Virus record (IMG/VR): IMGVR_UViG_3300045988_118866
Span: 74,950 to 138,949 of that record
Source of the DNA: a virus
Strand: one strand, 5' to 3'
Length of the DNA stretch: 64,000 nt
The translations under genes and the position numbers were made by a program. The notes beneath the pieces are model-generated. The model had not been told where the DNA came from, did not search any database, and saw only the letters and a list, made by a program, of their open reading frames with translations. Positions 1 through 10,390 of this stretch are shown one piece after another; positions within the stretch are counted from its first letter, which is position 1; the number at the start of each line of letters is the position of its first letter.

Positions 1-52
1 AAATATTATATAATATTTATATAAGATAAAGAAAGGTTATAAACTTTTTAAA

Positions 53-430
53 ATGAGTAAGAAACAAGCATTTATTGATTATGTTGAAGAATTAATTGTT
101 GCCACTAATGAAAACCGCTATCCAGTAGTAATGAGTGAAGATGCTCGTATCTATTGGGAAGCATTAAAAGCTAAAGAAGAAACTGAAAAGCCTCTATTTA
201 CTGAGGGCGGAAAAGCCATTATTAAATGGATGCAAGATAATAATAAAGATATTCCTCTTGTTAAATCAAGAGAAATTGCCGAATATCTCGGTGTGTCTAG
301 CCGTGGAGTTGCGGGTTCCATGCGCAAATTAGTATCTGATGGTTTCGTAGAAAAAGTTAGTCAAGATCCAATTATTTATACTTTAACAGAAAAAGGAAAA
401 AATATTAATTTATTGAATTTATTTAATTAA
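53..430 (+). CDS. hypothetical protein (possible winged-helix DNA-binding fold)
   Basis: Intact 125-aa ORF with AT-rich promoter-like sequence upstream and a TAA stop. The C-terminal stretch REIAEYLGVSSRGVAGSMRKLVSDGFVEK resembles a winged-helix fold. No family recognised. Confidence 0.5.
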   Translation: MSKKQAFIDYVEELIVATNENRYPVVMSEDARIYWEALKAKEETEKPLFTEGGKAIIKWMQDNNKDIPLVKSREIAEYLGVSSRGVAGSMRKLVSDGFVEKVSQDPIIYTLTEKGKNINLLNLFN

Positions 431-444
431 GGAGAAATTTATTT

Positions 445-1392
445 ATGAAGAAAGTAATGGAAAATACTACTCATATTGAAGGTATCTTGTACGAACATGC
501 TTTGGAAAATAAGGTAACCGGACCAAATTCTAAAAACCCCGGCACTCCTTTTATTTCTGGTACTATTAGTATTGCTACTGATAATGCTCTTACTAATATC
601 GTCCAGGTTCACTTTACTTATGTAACTCAAACTACTACTAAGGGCACTCCCAATGCTACATATAGTATTCTTCAGAATATTATTGATGGTACAATCGGTA
701 ATTATATGGCTGATGGAGAAGATAAAGCTGCTAAGCTTCGTGTCGATTCTGCGATTGGTCTTAATGAATTTTATTCTGATCGCAATGGCAAGGAAGAGCT
801 TGTAAGCACTAAGCGCAATGAGGGTGGATTTGTTCATACTACTACTACTCTTATTGATGATGAAAAACAGCGCAATACTTTTAAGTGTGACATGATTATC
901 ACCAATGTAACTCATGTTGATGCTGATGAAGAGCATAATATCCCTGAAAAGGTAATTGTTAAGGGAGCAATTTTTGATTTCCGCAAGTCTTTACTGCCTG
1001 TTGAGTTTACAGCTACTAATCCTGGAGCCATGGCTTATTATGAGGGTCTTGGAGCTTCTCCTTCTGAGCCTGTATTCACAAAACTTTGGGGCCGTCAGGT
1101 ATCTGAAGTAATTAAGCGCGAGATTCGTGAAGAGTCTGCGTTCGGTGATGATAATGTTCGTGAAGTTCAGAGCACTCGTAAGGATTTTGTTATTACCGGT
1201 GGCGCTAAGGAGCCTTATGTTTGGGATGATGAAAGTTCTATCACTGCGAAAGAGCTTACTGAAGCTATGGCCGCACGTGAGACTTATCTTGCTACTTTGA
1301 AGCAGCGTCAAGATGAATATAAAGCTTCTAAGCAGAATGCCACTACTGCTACTACTGTTGCACCCACTGCTACGGAAGGCTTTAAATTCTAA
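445..1392 (+). CDS. hypothetical protein, possibly ssDNA-binding/recombination-associated (partner of downstream AAA ATPase)
   Basis: 315-aa ORF with an RBS (aggag) 7 nt upstream and a TAA stop. It sits immediately upstream of a Sak4/AAA_24-like ATPase, so the function is inferred from gene context only. Confidence 0.4.
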   Translation: MKKVMENTTHIEGILYEHALENKVTGPNSKNPGTPFISGTISIATDNALTNIVQVHFTYVTQTTTKGTPNATYSILQNIIDGTIGNYMADGEDKAAKLRVDSAIGLNEFYSDRNGKEELVSTKRNEGGFVHTTTTLIDDEKQRNTFKCDMIITNVTHVDADEEHNIPEKVIVKGAIFDFRKSLLPVEFTATNPGAMAYYEGLGASPSEPVFTKLWGRQVSEVIKREIREESAFGDDNVREVQSTRKDFVITGGAKEPYVWDDESSITAKELTEAMAARETYLATLKQRQDEYKASKQNATTATTVAPTATEGFKF

Positions 1393-1413
1393 TTATGAAT
1401 TAGCCATTAAATA

Positions 1414-1442
1414 GCGATGACCTCACAATAAGAGGTCATCGC
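1414..1442 (+). terminator. stem-loop after gene 445..1392 (gcgatgacctc-acaata-agaggtcatcgc)
   Basis: Perfect 11-12 bp inverted repeat directly after the TAA stop. The downstream T-run is weak. Confidence 0.4.
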
Positions 1443-1539
1443 GCTAAAGTTAATTTATATGATGATTTTTGTAATATACTGAATTTAGAAGAAATACTTA
1501 AAGAGATAATAATTAAAACAAATAAGGAGAAATAACATA

Positions 1540-2535
1540 ATGGCTATTGATTTAACTAAAATTCAACCTCATAAGGTAAGTAAAGATCTTTCTGGTTATA
1601 TTACTTTTATTTATGGTAAGCCCAAGACAGGTAAGACTACTTTGGCGACTCAAATGCCGAATTCTTTGCTTTTAGCTTTTGAGCAGGGCTATAACTGCCT
1701 TCCTGGTGTTATGGCCGCAGACATTACTTCTTGGGCAGAAATGAAGCAAGTCTATCGTGATTTGAAGCGTCCAGAAGTAAAGGCAATGTATAACGCTATT
1801 ATTGTAGATACTATTGATGAAGCTGCTAAGTATTGTGAGAAATATATTTGTAATCAAAATCAGATTGAGTCTCTTGGAGATCTTGGTTATGGTAAGGGCT
1901 GGTCTAAGTTTAAAGATGAATTTAATGAAGTCTTTAGAGGTTTAACTCGTCTTGGATATGCCGTTTTCTTTATCGGACATGAAAAAGAACAAACTGTAAC
2001 TCGTCCTGATGGCACTGAGGTTGTGGCAGTAAGACCAAATCTTTCTCAATCCACTCGCACTATTATCACCGGTATGGCTGATGTTTATGGGTATGCTCAT
2101 CAAAAAGCAGCAGGTCAAATGTCTGTCTTAACTCTTCGTTCTGGTAATGACCTTATTGACTGCGGTGGTCGTTTTAAGTATATTGAGAGCGAAATTCCTA
2201 TGAACTATGATAGTCTTATTAATGCCATCCATGAGGCTATTGATAAGGAAGCCGCTGACAATGGTGGTAAATTTGTCACTGATGAAAAGATGGTTGTTGC
2301 TCCTGAAGCTCCTACTTATGATTATGAAGCACTTATGGCTGAATTCCAAAATCTTGCTGGAGATATGATGAATAAGAATCCTGGATTCTTTGGTCCTCGT
2401 ATCACTCAAATTATTGATAAATATTTGGGTAAAGGTAAGAAAATTTCTGACGCCACTCCTGAACAGGCAGAATTTGTATCTTTAATTGTTGGTGAAATTA
2501 AAGATGATCTTCTCCCTCAAATGGAAAGTAAGTAA
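1540..2535 (+). CDS. AAA_24 / Sak4-like RecA-family ATPase (phage recombination/replication)
   Basis: Walker A motif GKPKTGKTT near the N-terminus, Walker B-like IIVDTIDE, and ~330 aa length typical of phage AAA_24 ATPases. Intact ORF with RBS aaggag. Confidence 0.6.
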   Translation: MAIDLTKIQPHKVSKDLSGYITFIYGKPKTGKTTLATQMPNSLLLAFEQGYNCLPGVMAADITSWAEMKQVYRDLKRPEVKAMYNAIIVDTIDEAAKYCEKYICNQNQIESLGDLGYGKGWSKFKDEFNEVFRGLTRLGYAVFFIGHEKEQTVTRPDGTEVVAVRPNLSQSTRTIITGMADVYGYAHQKAAGQMSVLTLRSGNDLIDCGGRFKYIESEIPMNYDSLINAIHEAIDKEAADNGGKFVTDEKMVVAPEAPTYDYEALMAEFQNLAGDMMNKNPGFFGPRITQIIDKYLGKGKKISDATPEQAEFVSLIVGEIKDDLLPQMESK

Positions 2536-2553
2536 ATAAAATATAATTTATAA

Positions 2554-2577
2554 CCGGAGTGATAAAAGTCGCTCCGG
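2554..2577 (+). terminator. rho-independent terminator (ccggag-tgataaaagtcg-ctccgg + T-run)
   Basis: GC-rich hairpin followed by TTTGACTTTTATTT, directly after the TAA stop of 1540..2535. Confidence 0.55.
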
Positions 2578-2578
2578 T

Positions 2579-2616
2579 TTGACTTTTATTTAAAAATATT
2601 GTATAATATTTATATA
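2579..2616 (+). promoter_or_regulatory. sigma70-like early promoter (TTGACT-18-TATAAT) with conserved downstream motif ATTTATATAA
   Basis: TTGACT at 2579-2584 and TATAAT at 2603-2608. The same TATAATATTTATATAAG element occurs at positions 8-26 upstream of the first gene. Confidence 0.5.
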
Positions 2617-2640
2617 AAGTAATGGAAAGGAGTAATTTAT

Positions 2641-3183
2641 ATACATAAAGTTAAATGTATTTATTGTCAGCAGACTTTTGATAGAGATAAGTTTCCTTAT
2701 GTTCAAATAAAATCTCGAAGATATGCGCACCCTGAATGTGCTAAATAGGCTGAAAATGAAGACACTCCTTTACAAGTTCATAATCCGCCCGAAAAAGTAA
2801 AAACAAAAGAAGATTTAGATAAAGAAAAATTTGAAGAATATGTAAAAAATTTATTGGGAGAATCATATATTAATGCTCGCGTCCGCAAGCAAATGAATGA
2901 TTATATCAGAGAATATCAATATACATATTCTGGAATGTTAAAAGCCTTAGTTTATTTTTATGAAGTTAAAGGAAATAATAAAAATAAAGCTAATGGTGGA
3001 ATTGGTATTATACCCTTTATTTATAAAGACGCTTACAATTATTATTATAATCTTTGGATGATTCAACAATCCAATAAAGATAAAAATGTTATTGATTACG
3101 TTCCTAAATTAAAGGAAATAAAAATTCCTATTCCTAAAAAAGAACCTCGAAAAAGATCAGTTTTTACATTTTTAGATGAATAG
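2641..3183 (+). CDS. zinc-ribbon protein (CxxC...HPEC); internal TAG; no canonical start codon
   Basis: Open frame from 2623 to the TAA at 3181. It encodes VKCIYCQQTFDRDKFPYVQIKSRRYAHPEC, with an in-frame TAG at 2746-2748. There is no ATG/GTG/TTG between the upstream stop and the Cys motif. RBS aaaggag lies at 2626-2632, followed 8 nt later by ATA at 2641. Confidence 0.4.
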
Positions 3184-3193
3184 GAGGACTTAA

Positions 3194-4726
3194 ATGCCGA
3201 GTAAATATGTAGATCCAACAGCGATTACACAAGTTATAGGGTGTGTATATAATACTCCTTAGCTTTTGGATTTTACTGATAGATATACAATAACTGATGA
3301 AGATTTTGCTGATGAATTTCATAGAATTGTTTTTGGAGCAATATATAAAATTCATGAATTAGGAGCTTAGAAAATTACTTTAGAAAATATTAGTGATTTT
3401 CTTTCTTCTCGACCTAAATATGAAGCTACATTTAAAGTTAATAAAGGCGAAGAATGGTTATTGAAAGTTTCTGAAAATGCGAAACCTTTGTCATTTGATT
3501 ATTATTATGGTCGTTTAAAAAAAATGTCTCTACTTCGTGCTTATGACAGATATGGCATTGATGTTTCTTTTATTTATGATCCTGATAATATTTTAGATAC
3601 TGAAAAAAAACAATTACAAGAAGATAATCTTGATAATTCTTCATTAGAGCATATCGCACAATTAATTGATGACCGCATAGAACAAATTAAATATGAGTAT
3701 GTAAATGACGTTGAAGGAATTGCGATTCAAGCAGGTGATGGAATTTTTGAATTGCTTGATGATTTAGAGCAACATCCAATAGCAGGAAGTCCTCTATATG
3801 GGCCATTAATTAATACAGTTACTCGTGGCGCAAGACTTAAAAAGTTTTATTTGCGCTCAGCCGCCACCGGCGTAGGTAAAACTCGTTCTATGATTGCGGA
3901 TTCGTGCTATATTGCTTGTAATAAAATATATGATGATACTTTTGGAAGTTGGATTAAAAACGGAATTCAAGAACCAGTATTATATATAACTACAGAGCAA
4001 GATAAAAATGAAATTCAAACAATGATGCTTGCTTTTCTTTCTAACGTAAATGAAGAACATATTATTTATAATGAATATCAAGGAAATGAAAAAGAACGAG
4101 TAATAGAAGCTGCAAAAATTCTTAAAGATAGTCCATTGTATATTCGTGAATTACCTGATTTTTCATTACAAGATGTCGAAAATGAAATCAAAAAAGGCAT
4201 CCGAGATCACGATGTAAAATATATATTTCATGACTATATTCATACAAGCATGAAAATTCTTGAAGAAATTACTCGTCGTAGTGGTGGAGTAAAACTTCGT
4301 GAAGATAATATACTTTTTATGCTATCCAACAAATTAAAAGATATCTGTAATCAGTATGGCGTTTTTATTATGTCAGCAACGCAGTTAAATGGTGATTATG
4401 TTGATTCTAAAACCCCTGACCAAAATCTTTTGCGTGGAGCAAAATCTATTGCCGATAAAGTAGATTATGGATCAATTCTTTTAAATGTCCAAGATGATGA
4501 TTTAATTTCATTGGAAAAAATACTAAACACAAAATTATTTGATACTCCAACTATTAAAATGTCTGTTTATAAAAATAGACGTGGTAGGTATAAAGGAGTT
4601 ATTTTATGGTGTAAAGCAGATTTAGGAACTTGTAGAATTATTCCTATGTTTTGTACTACATACGCTTATGAACTTGTTCCTATTGATGATATAAAAATTA
4701 CTCTTGAAGAAGAGTCAGCTTTTTAA
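3194..4726 (+). CDS. dnaB: DnaB-like replicative DNA helicase (two in-frame TAG codons)
   Basis: ATG at 3194 follows RBS aggagg and is in frame with ORF 3461..4726 through TAGs at 3260-3262 and 3368-3370. The recovered N-terminal domain reads MPSKYVDPTAITQVIG... Walker A SAATGVGKTR; RecA-like core with FIMSATQLNG. Confidence 0.85.
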
Positions 4727-4743
4727 AATTAAGGAGAAAAATT

Positions 4744-4926
4744 ATGAAGAGTGGTAATGTTGAATACAAGATGAGCAATAGAATGGCTAAGGAGATTATT
4801 CGTTCTTATAAAGCCGTTCCCAGTCTTGCTAAGCTTCGTCCGCAGGAAATGCTTGTTCATTATGTTAATGAACAGTGTGGACTTATGAGAAATTGTTCTA
4901 AAGTAATTACTTATGATAGTATTTGA
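4744..4926 (+). CDS. small hypothetical protein
   Basis: 60-aa ORF with RBS aaggag and a TGA stop that overlaps the primase ATG. Confidence 0.4.
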   Translation: MKSGNVEYKMSNRMAKEIIRSYKAVPSLAKLRPQEMLVHYVNEQCGLMRNCSKVITYDSI

Positions 4927-6016
4927 TAAATCAGAAATTCGTCAAGCTCTTGGGCTTGAAAATATTTATGATTTATTAATTGAATGGGGTGGAGATCCTG
5001 AATATACAGAATTCGGGATTCTCTCTTCCACCATTTGTCATAATCCTCCTGGAGAAGGTAGCAGAAAACTTTATTTTTATGAAAATACAGGATTATTTAA
5101 ATGCTATACAGGATGCGATTCAACTTTTGATATTTTTGAATTATGTTCTAAAGTAATGAAAATTCAATATGATGAAGAATTTGATTTAAATGATTCGGTT
5201 TTATGGGTTGCTCGTCGCTTTGGTTTATCAGGTATGATAAAAGATGACGACATGGGTAAAACTTTAGATGATTGGAAAATTTTATCAAATTATTCTCGTA
5301 TTCAAGAGATTGAATTAAAAAATAATAAAATTATTTTAAAAGATTATGATGATTCTATTTTAAATAGATTAAATTATAATATTAAAATAATTCCTTGGCT
5401 TGATGAGGGGATTTCTCAAGAAGTAATTAATAAAGCGCATATTGGTTTTTATCCAGGAGCCGATCAAATTACAATTCCGCATTATGATATTAGTGGAAGA
5501 TTTGTGGGCTTGCGCGGACGCACTATGTGCAAAGACGAGGCGGAGCTATATGGAAAATATAGACCAATGAAAATAAATAATCAATTATATAATCATCCTC
5601 TTGGAATGAACTTATATGGATTAAATTGGTCTAAAAATGCCATTGGCATAATGAAAAAAGCAATAATTTTTGAAAGTGAAAAATCAGTATTGAAATATGC
5701 TACTGATTTCGGCTGGAATAACAATATATCAGTAGCTTGTTGCGGAAGTAATGTTTCTTCGCATCAAATTCAATTATTATTAGATAGTGGCGCGCAAGAA
5801 ATTATAATCGCTTTTGATAGACAATTCCAAGAAATTGGAGACGCAGAATTTCAACACTTAAAGTTAAATCTTTTAAAGATTAGAACTAAATTTAAAAATG
5901 ATGTGCTTATATCTTTTATTTTTGATAAAAATATGATTACAAAATACAAAGATTCACCAATTGATGATGGTAAAGAAAAATTTTTACAATTATATAAGGA
6001 AAGGATATTTATATGA
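4913..6016 (+). CDS. dnaG: DnaG-like DNA primase (zinc-binding domain + TOPRIM)
   Basis: N-terminal CHNPPGEGSRKLYFYENTGLFKCYTGCDSTFDIFEL zinc-ribbon (CHP-type). TOPRIM-like IIFESEKSVLK and IIIAFDRQ motifs. Gene order follows the helicase. Confidence 0.8.
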   Translation: MIVFDKSEIRQALGLENIYDLLIEWGGDPEYTEFGILSSTICHNPPGEGSRKLYFYENTGLFKCYTGCDSTFDIFELCSKVMKIQYDEEFDLNDSVLWVARRFGLSGMIKDDDMGKTLDDWKILSNYSRIQEIELKNNKIILKDYDDSILNRLNYNIKIIPWLDEGISQEVINKAHIGFYPGADQITIPHYDISGRFVGLRGRTMCKDEAELYGKYRPMKINNQLYNHPLGMNLYGLNWSKNAIGIMKKAIIFESEKSVLKYATDFGWNNNISVACCGSNVSSHQIQLLLDSGAQEIIIAFDRQFQEIGDAEFQHLKLNLLKIRTKFKNDVLISFIFDKNMITKYKDSPIDDGKEKFLQLYKERIFI

Positions 6017-6303
6017 ATGATGGTTATGATATTCCTATTTCTATAAATGATACAATTATTTCATTGAACGCGCAAATTGAAGGATTAAAAAAACAAAGAG
6101 ATAGTTTGCTTCGAAGTTGTATTTATTGCGATAAATGTAATAAATATTATGATAAAACCAGTAATTGTATCTCAAGTGGAATTGAAACTCGAAAAGTAAT
6201 TAGGTATAATGGAGATTTAGAAAAAGGATATACGGAAATGGAAATTCCTGTTCTTTTTCATATTTGTCCATTAGGGCATAAGATGGGAGAGAGTAGTTTA
6301 TGA
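6013..6303 (+). CDS. small zinc-ribbon protein
   Basis: CIYCDKC...ICPLGH motif. Start and stop overlap the neighbouring genes (ATGA-type overlap). Confidence 0.5.
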   Translation: MNDGYDIPISINDTIISLNAQIEGLKKQRDSLLRSCIYCDKCNKYYDKTSNCISSGIETRKVIRYNGDLEKGYTEMEIPVLFHICPLGHKMGESSL

Positions 6304-6617
6304 CCGGTATTGTTTGGTGTAATACTTTCATTGAAGGAACTGAACAATTAGAAAGAATTGAAGAACAATATAAAGCAATGGGTATAAAACCAATAGAAAA
6401 AAATAAATCTATCAATCGTTATTCTATAGTTTTTGAAAATGAAGATTATTGGAAAGTAGTTATTTCTACTGGAAACGCCAGAGGTCACAAGTGTAATATT
6501 TCTTATATTTCTCGTCAAACCCCTCTTTCAGTTATTGACACTATTATTTTTCCATGCACAAGAGCCCTTCCTTATACTGCTTATCATTACTATGGTGATC
6601 CAGTAGGAGAGGACTGA
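6300..6617 (+). CDS. hypothetical protein
   Basis: 105-aa intact ORF with translational coupling to the upstream gene. Confidence 0.5.
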   Translation: MTGIVWCNTFIEGTEQLERIEEQYKAMGIKPIEKNKSINRYSIVFENEDYWKVVISTGNARGHKCNISYISRQTPLSVIDTIIFPCTRALPYTAYHYYGDPVGED

Positions 6618-6686
6618 TATGAATAAGTAAATTATAGAAATTCTTAAATAATAGTGGTGGTATTATGAAAGGAGGTTGAATAGCCT

Positions 6687-8435
6687 ATGGACTATCAACT
6701 AAAAGCCCCTCGCATCCCGCAGTATTCAGCGGTCGAACAGGTGCTAACCAACAGAGGAATTAAATTACAAGATATTCCTCATTATCTTAATACCACTGAT
6801 GACGACATTATCGAACCAGCAACTATTGATAGAATAGAAAATGGTGCAAAAATGCTCGTCAAACATATTGCACAAAATGACAAAGTTCTTATATAGGTAG
6901 ATAGTGATTGTGATGGCTATACTTCGGCGGCCGCACTCATGAATTACTTATACTGTCTTTTTCCTGCGTTTGTGCAAAACAATATTTTTTATCGTGTCCA
7001 TGCAGGAAAACAACACGGAATTATACCAGATAGTATTGATAAAGATATTAAATTAGTAATTGCTCCAGATTCTTCATCAAATGATTATTTAGAACACGAA
7101 TATTTATATAAAAATGGTATTGACGTGTTGGTAATAGACCACCATGAAGCTGATAAAATATCATAGTATGCTTGTATTATTAACAATCAATTATGTGATT
7201 ATCCGACCAAATCTTTATCTGGCGTAGGAATGGTTTATAAGTTTTGCTGTTATATTGATGAACTTATGAACGTTCAATACGCGGACCGTATATTGGATTT
7301 AGTTGCTCTTGGAATGGTGGCCGACATGATGGATATGCGTGATTTTGAAACAAAACATTTAATTAATAAAGGCTTACAACAAATCACCAATCCTTACTTC
7401 AGAGGCATAATCAATAGAGATTAGTTTCATTTTAATAATGAGATTACGCCTATTGGAGTAGCTTTCTATATTGCTCCTTTAGTTAATGCAACTACTCGTG
7501 TTGGGACGCAAGAAGAAAAGCTCATGCTATTCGAGTCAATGCTTGATTTTAAGGGATACGAACTTGTCCCTTCAACAAAACGTGGATGTAAAGGTCAAGC
7601 AGAAACAAGAGTAGAACAAGCTTGTCGTAATTGTACTAATATCAAGAATAGGCAAACTAAAATCAGAGACACTAGCTTGGAAAAAATTGAATAGATAATC
7701 GCAAATCAAAATCTTTTAAGTAATAAAATCTTAGGAATTAAGTTAGATGGATTTGCTGCTGATAAAAATTTGACTGGTTTAATAGCTAATCAATTAATGA
7801 GTAAATATCAACGTCCTGTTTTAATTCTTAATAAAACAATAGATGAAGAAACTCAACAAATTTGTTGGGAAGGCTCCGGCAGAGGATACGACAAATCCGC
7901 GCTTAAAGACTTTAGAGAATTTTGTCAAAAATCAAATCTAATTATGTATGCGGAAGGACATCCTAATGCTTTTGGGTTTGGTATTATTGATGATAATTTT
8001 GATAAATTTATTGAATATGCGAATTCTGCTTTACAAGATTTTGATTTCACCCCAATTTATAGTGTTGATTTTATTTATCACACTAATGATTTAGTTGGAA
8101 AAGATATCATTGATATTGCTCAACTTAAACCGCTTTGGGGCCAAGGGGTAGAAGAAGCATCTATTGCCGTTGAAGGAATAAAAGTTGTATCAAATAACTT
8201 AACTTTAATGTCAAAAGATAAAAATCCTACCTTGAAGATAACTATGCCAGATGGCATCAGTTTAATCAAGTTTAAGTCGTCCGAGGAGGAATACGAGAAA
8301 TTGTATTCTGAATAGGGTTATGTGACAATTAATATCGTTGGTAAATGCGAACGAAATATATGGAATAATAATATTAGTCCTTAGATTATTATAGAAGATT
8401 ACGAAATTGTAGATAGGGCTGCTTATTATTTTTAA
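6687..8435 (+). CDS. DHH/DHHA1 family phosphoesterase (RecJ/NrnA-like), six in-frame TAG codons
   Basis: Four ORF-track pieces (6687, 6939, 7230, 7770) share one frame and are joined by TAGs at 6894, 7164, 7422 and 7692. Motifs VDSDCDG (DHH motif I), VIDHHE (DHH) and AEGHPNAFG (DHHA1 GGH). The frame continues past the TAG at 8313 to a TAA at 8433. Confidence 0.75.
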
Positions 8436-8488
8436 TAATTGACACTACGACTAATAGACTTAAAAAACCTATTAGGAGGAAATCATTT

Positions 8489-9328
8489 ATGAAAAGATAT
8501 AAGATTTTAGCAGGAAGTATTATTTGTTTTATATTAATTTTTATTTTACAAACATCTGCTCTTGCTTTAAATTATAGCGAAATTACTACTTTTTCGGAAG
8601 CTTACATCCCTTCTGAATCATCAACTGTATATAATTTCTTAACAGAAGAAACTGCTGATATGGAGCCTATGAGTAGAGAGATTAGCAATACAGTTAATCG
8701 TAAAGAACTTAAATCTCTGATCCAAGAATATCAAGAGATTGTAAATAGCGCTCATGACTTAGCCGAAGCAACAAGAGCACTAGGATATGATGAAAATCAT
8801 CCTATTATTGAATTTGCTAAAAAAGAATATGAAACTGCTAATGAATATTTAGAAATTTATCAAAATCGTTTAAACGAAATTAATTCTCAATGGAATGATA
8901 AATTATCTACTTATCCAGTAGCGACAGAAATTTGGCTTTATATGAAAGACCAATGTTGGAATGACGCGGTTTGCGCAGGTATTTTGGGTAATATGATGGC
9001 AGAATGTGGTGGTAATACTTTATCCTTACAACCAACTGCTTCTAATAAATATTATTATGGAATTTGTCAATGGAGTAAAGGATATTCAAGTGTTTGGTAT
9101 TCTGATTTAGACACACAATGCGAATTCTTAATAAATACTATTGAATATGAATTTAATACTTTTGGTTCTTCATATAAAAGAGGATTTAATTTTAATTCTT
9201 TTTTAAATTTGAATGATGAAAAAGAAGTTGCGAAAGCATTTGCGAAATGTTATGAGCGTTGCGGGTCAAGTTCTTTAAATCAAAGACAAAAGAATGCGAC
9301 CATTGCTTATAATTATTTTACTAATTAA
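8489..9328 (+). CDS. secreted protein with tail-lysozyme-like / cell-wall-hydrolase-like domain
   Basis: N-terminal signal peptide MKRYKILAGSIICFILIFILQTSALA. CAGILGNMMAECGG resembles the GNMxxES motif of phage tail-lysozyme-like domains. RBS aggagg. Confidence 0.45.
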   Translation: MKRYKILAGSIICFILIFILQTSALALNYSEITTFSEAYIPSESSTVYNFLTEETADMEPMSREISNTVNRKELKSLIQEYQEIVNSAHDLAEATRALGYDENHPIIEFAKKEYETANEYLEIYQNRLNEINSQWNDKLSTYPVATEIWLYMKDQCWNDAVCAGILGNMMAECGGNTLSLQPTASNKYYYGICQWSKGYSSVWYSDLDTQCEFLINTIEYEFNTFGSSYKRGFNFNSFLNLNDEKEVAKAFAKCYERCGSSSLNQRQKNATIAYNYFTN

Positions 9329-9391
9329 TTTTATGGCTATATGAAGATTTATTTCTTCATATAGCCATTATTTTCATTTATGGAGTAAATT

Positions 9392-9835
9392 ATGGAAAAA
9401 CTTAATTATTATGATAGTGATATCAATATGATATGGCAATCAAGCCCAGAGGAAAGTGGAGAAGTCCTTAAAAAGCTTTCAAGAACTTTAGCATCTTATG
9501 GTTATGAATATGAAAAAGCTAATGATGAAATAAATAATCAATTGGCTAAGTTAGGAATTTCTTCCGAAGAAAAATTATTTGATGTATTAAATAAATTAGC
9601 AGACATATGGATTAAAGCTTCCACTACTGGTTATAAAGAAGAAGGATACTGGCCCGAACCGGGGACAGACGAAGAAACCAACAAGTCAAATGAAAAAAGT
9701 GATTTAGAAATTTTTGGGGAAAAACTTAAATCTGAAATTTTTTCTGAATCTAATCCGCATACAGAAACTATCTCTTTTGGGTCTCCTATAACAATTGAAG
9801 CAGATAATACAGACAAAGAATTTATTATATACTAA
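9392..9835 (+). CDS. hypothetical acidic protein
   Basis: 147-aa intact ORF with a TAA stop. Confidence 0.5.
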   Translation: MEKLNYYDSDINMIWQSSPEESGEVLKKLSRTLASYGYEYEKANDEINNQLAKLGISSEEKLFDVLNKLADIWIKASTTGYKEEGYWPEPGTDEETNKSNEKSDLEIFGEKLKSEIFSESNPHTETISFGSPITIEADNTDKEFIIY

Positions 9836-9836
9836 A

Positions 9837-9878
9837 TTTGACTAAATAATTAAAATATGGTATTATATAAATATAAAT
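9837..9878 (+). promoter_or_regulatory. early promoter TTGACT-17-TATTAT followed by conserved ATAAATATAAAT element
   Basis: An identical 18-nt core TATTATATAAATATAAAT occurs again at 12472-12489, upstream of the polymerase gene. Confidence 0.45.
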
Positions 9879-9896
9879 GAAAAAAGAGGAAATATT

Positions 9897-10169
9897 ATGG
9901 ATTTAAAAGAAATGATAGATAAAGCTCATAAATACGATAATAGTTTAGAATTTTTTAATGAAAGAGAAAAGCATACTAAAGGCTATATGTATGATAGTCT
10001 TTGTTATAGATACCAATTAGCTCGTTATAAAGCGATGGAAATGGATATAGATACATTTGCAATTGATTTAGGCTTAAAAGAAGCCGAAAGGAAAGCAAAA
10101 GGTTTATATGAAAGAGATTGTATGCGTTTTTACCAAATTCTCGATGAAGCAATTGGAGAACATGATTAA
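9897..10169 (+). CDS. hypothetical protein
   Basis: 90-aa ORF with RBS aagagga. Confidence 0.5.
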   Translation: MDLKEMIDKAHKYDNSLEFFNEREKHTKGYMYDSLCYRYQLARYKAMEMDIDTFAIDLGLKEAERKAKGLYERDCMRFYQILDEAIGEHD

Positions 10170-10390
10170 TGTGGATTTACTGGAAAGAGCAATGTAATTA
10201 TTGTTCTAATTATGAAAATTGTTCTTATTATAATAAAGCCCAAGAATTAATTTCTAAATTAGATAATATAGATAGACATACTACTGGTGTTTATGGAACA
10301 TTAAAATGGGCTTGTGATTATTTTATTGTAGATAAAGATAAATATTATAGATTAAATCCTGGAGAGTGTTATAATGGAATTAACTCGTAA
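10169..10390 (+). CDS. Cys-rich small hypothetical protein
   Basis: 73 aa with several Cys residues (CNYCSNYENC). Overlapping start and stop with neighbours. Confidence 0.45.
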   Translation: MWIYWKEQCNYCSNYENCSYYNKAQELISKLDNIDRHTTGVYGTLKWACDYFIVDKDKYYRLNPGECYNGINS

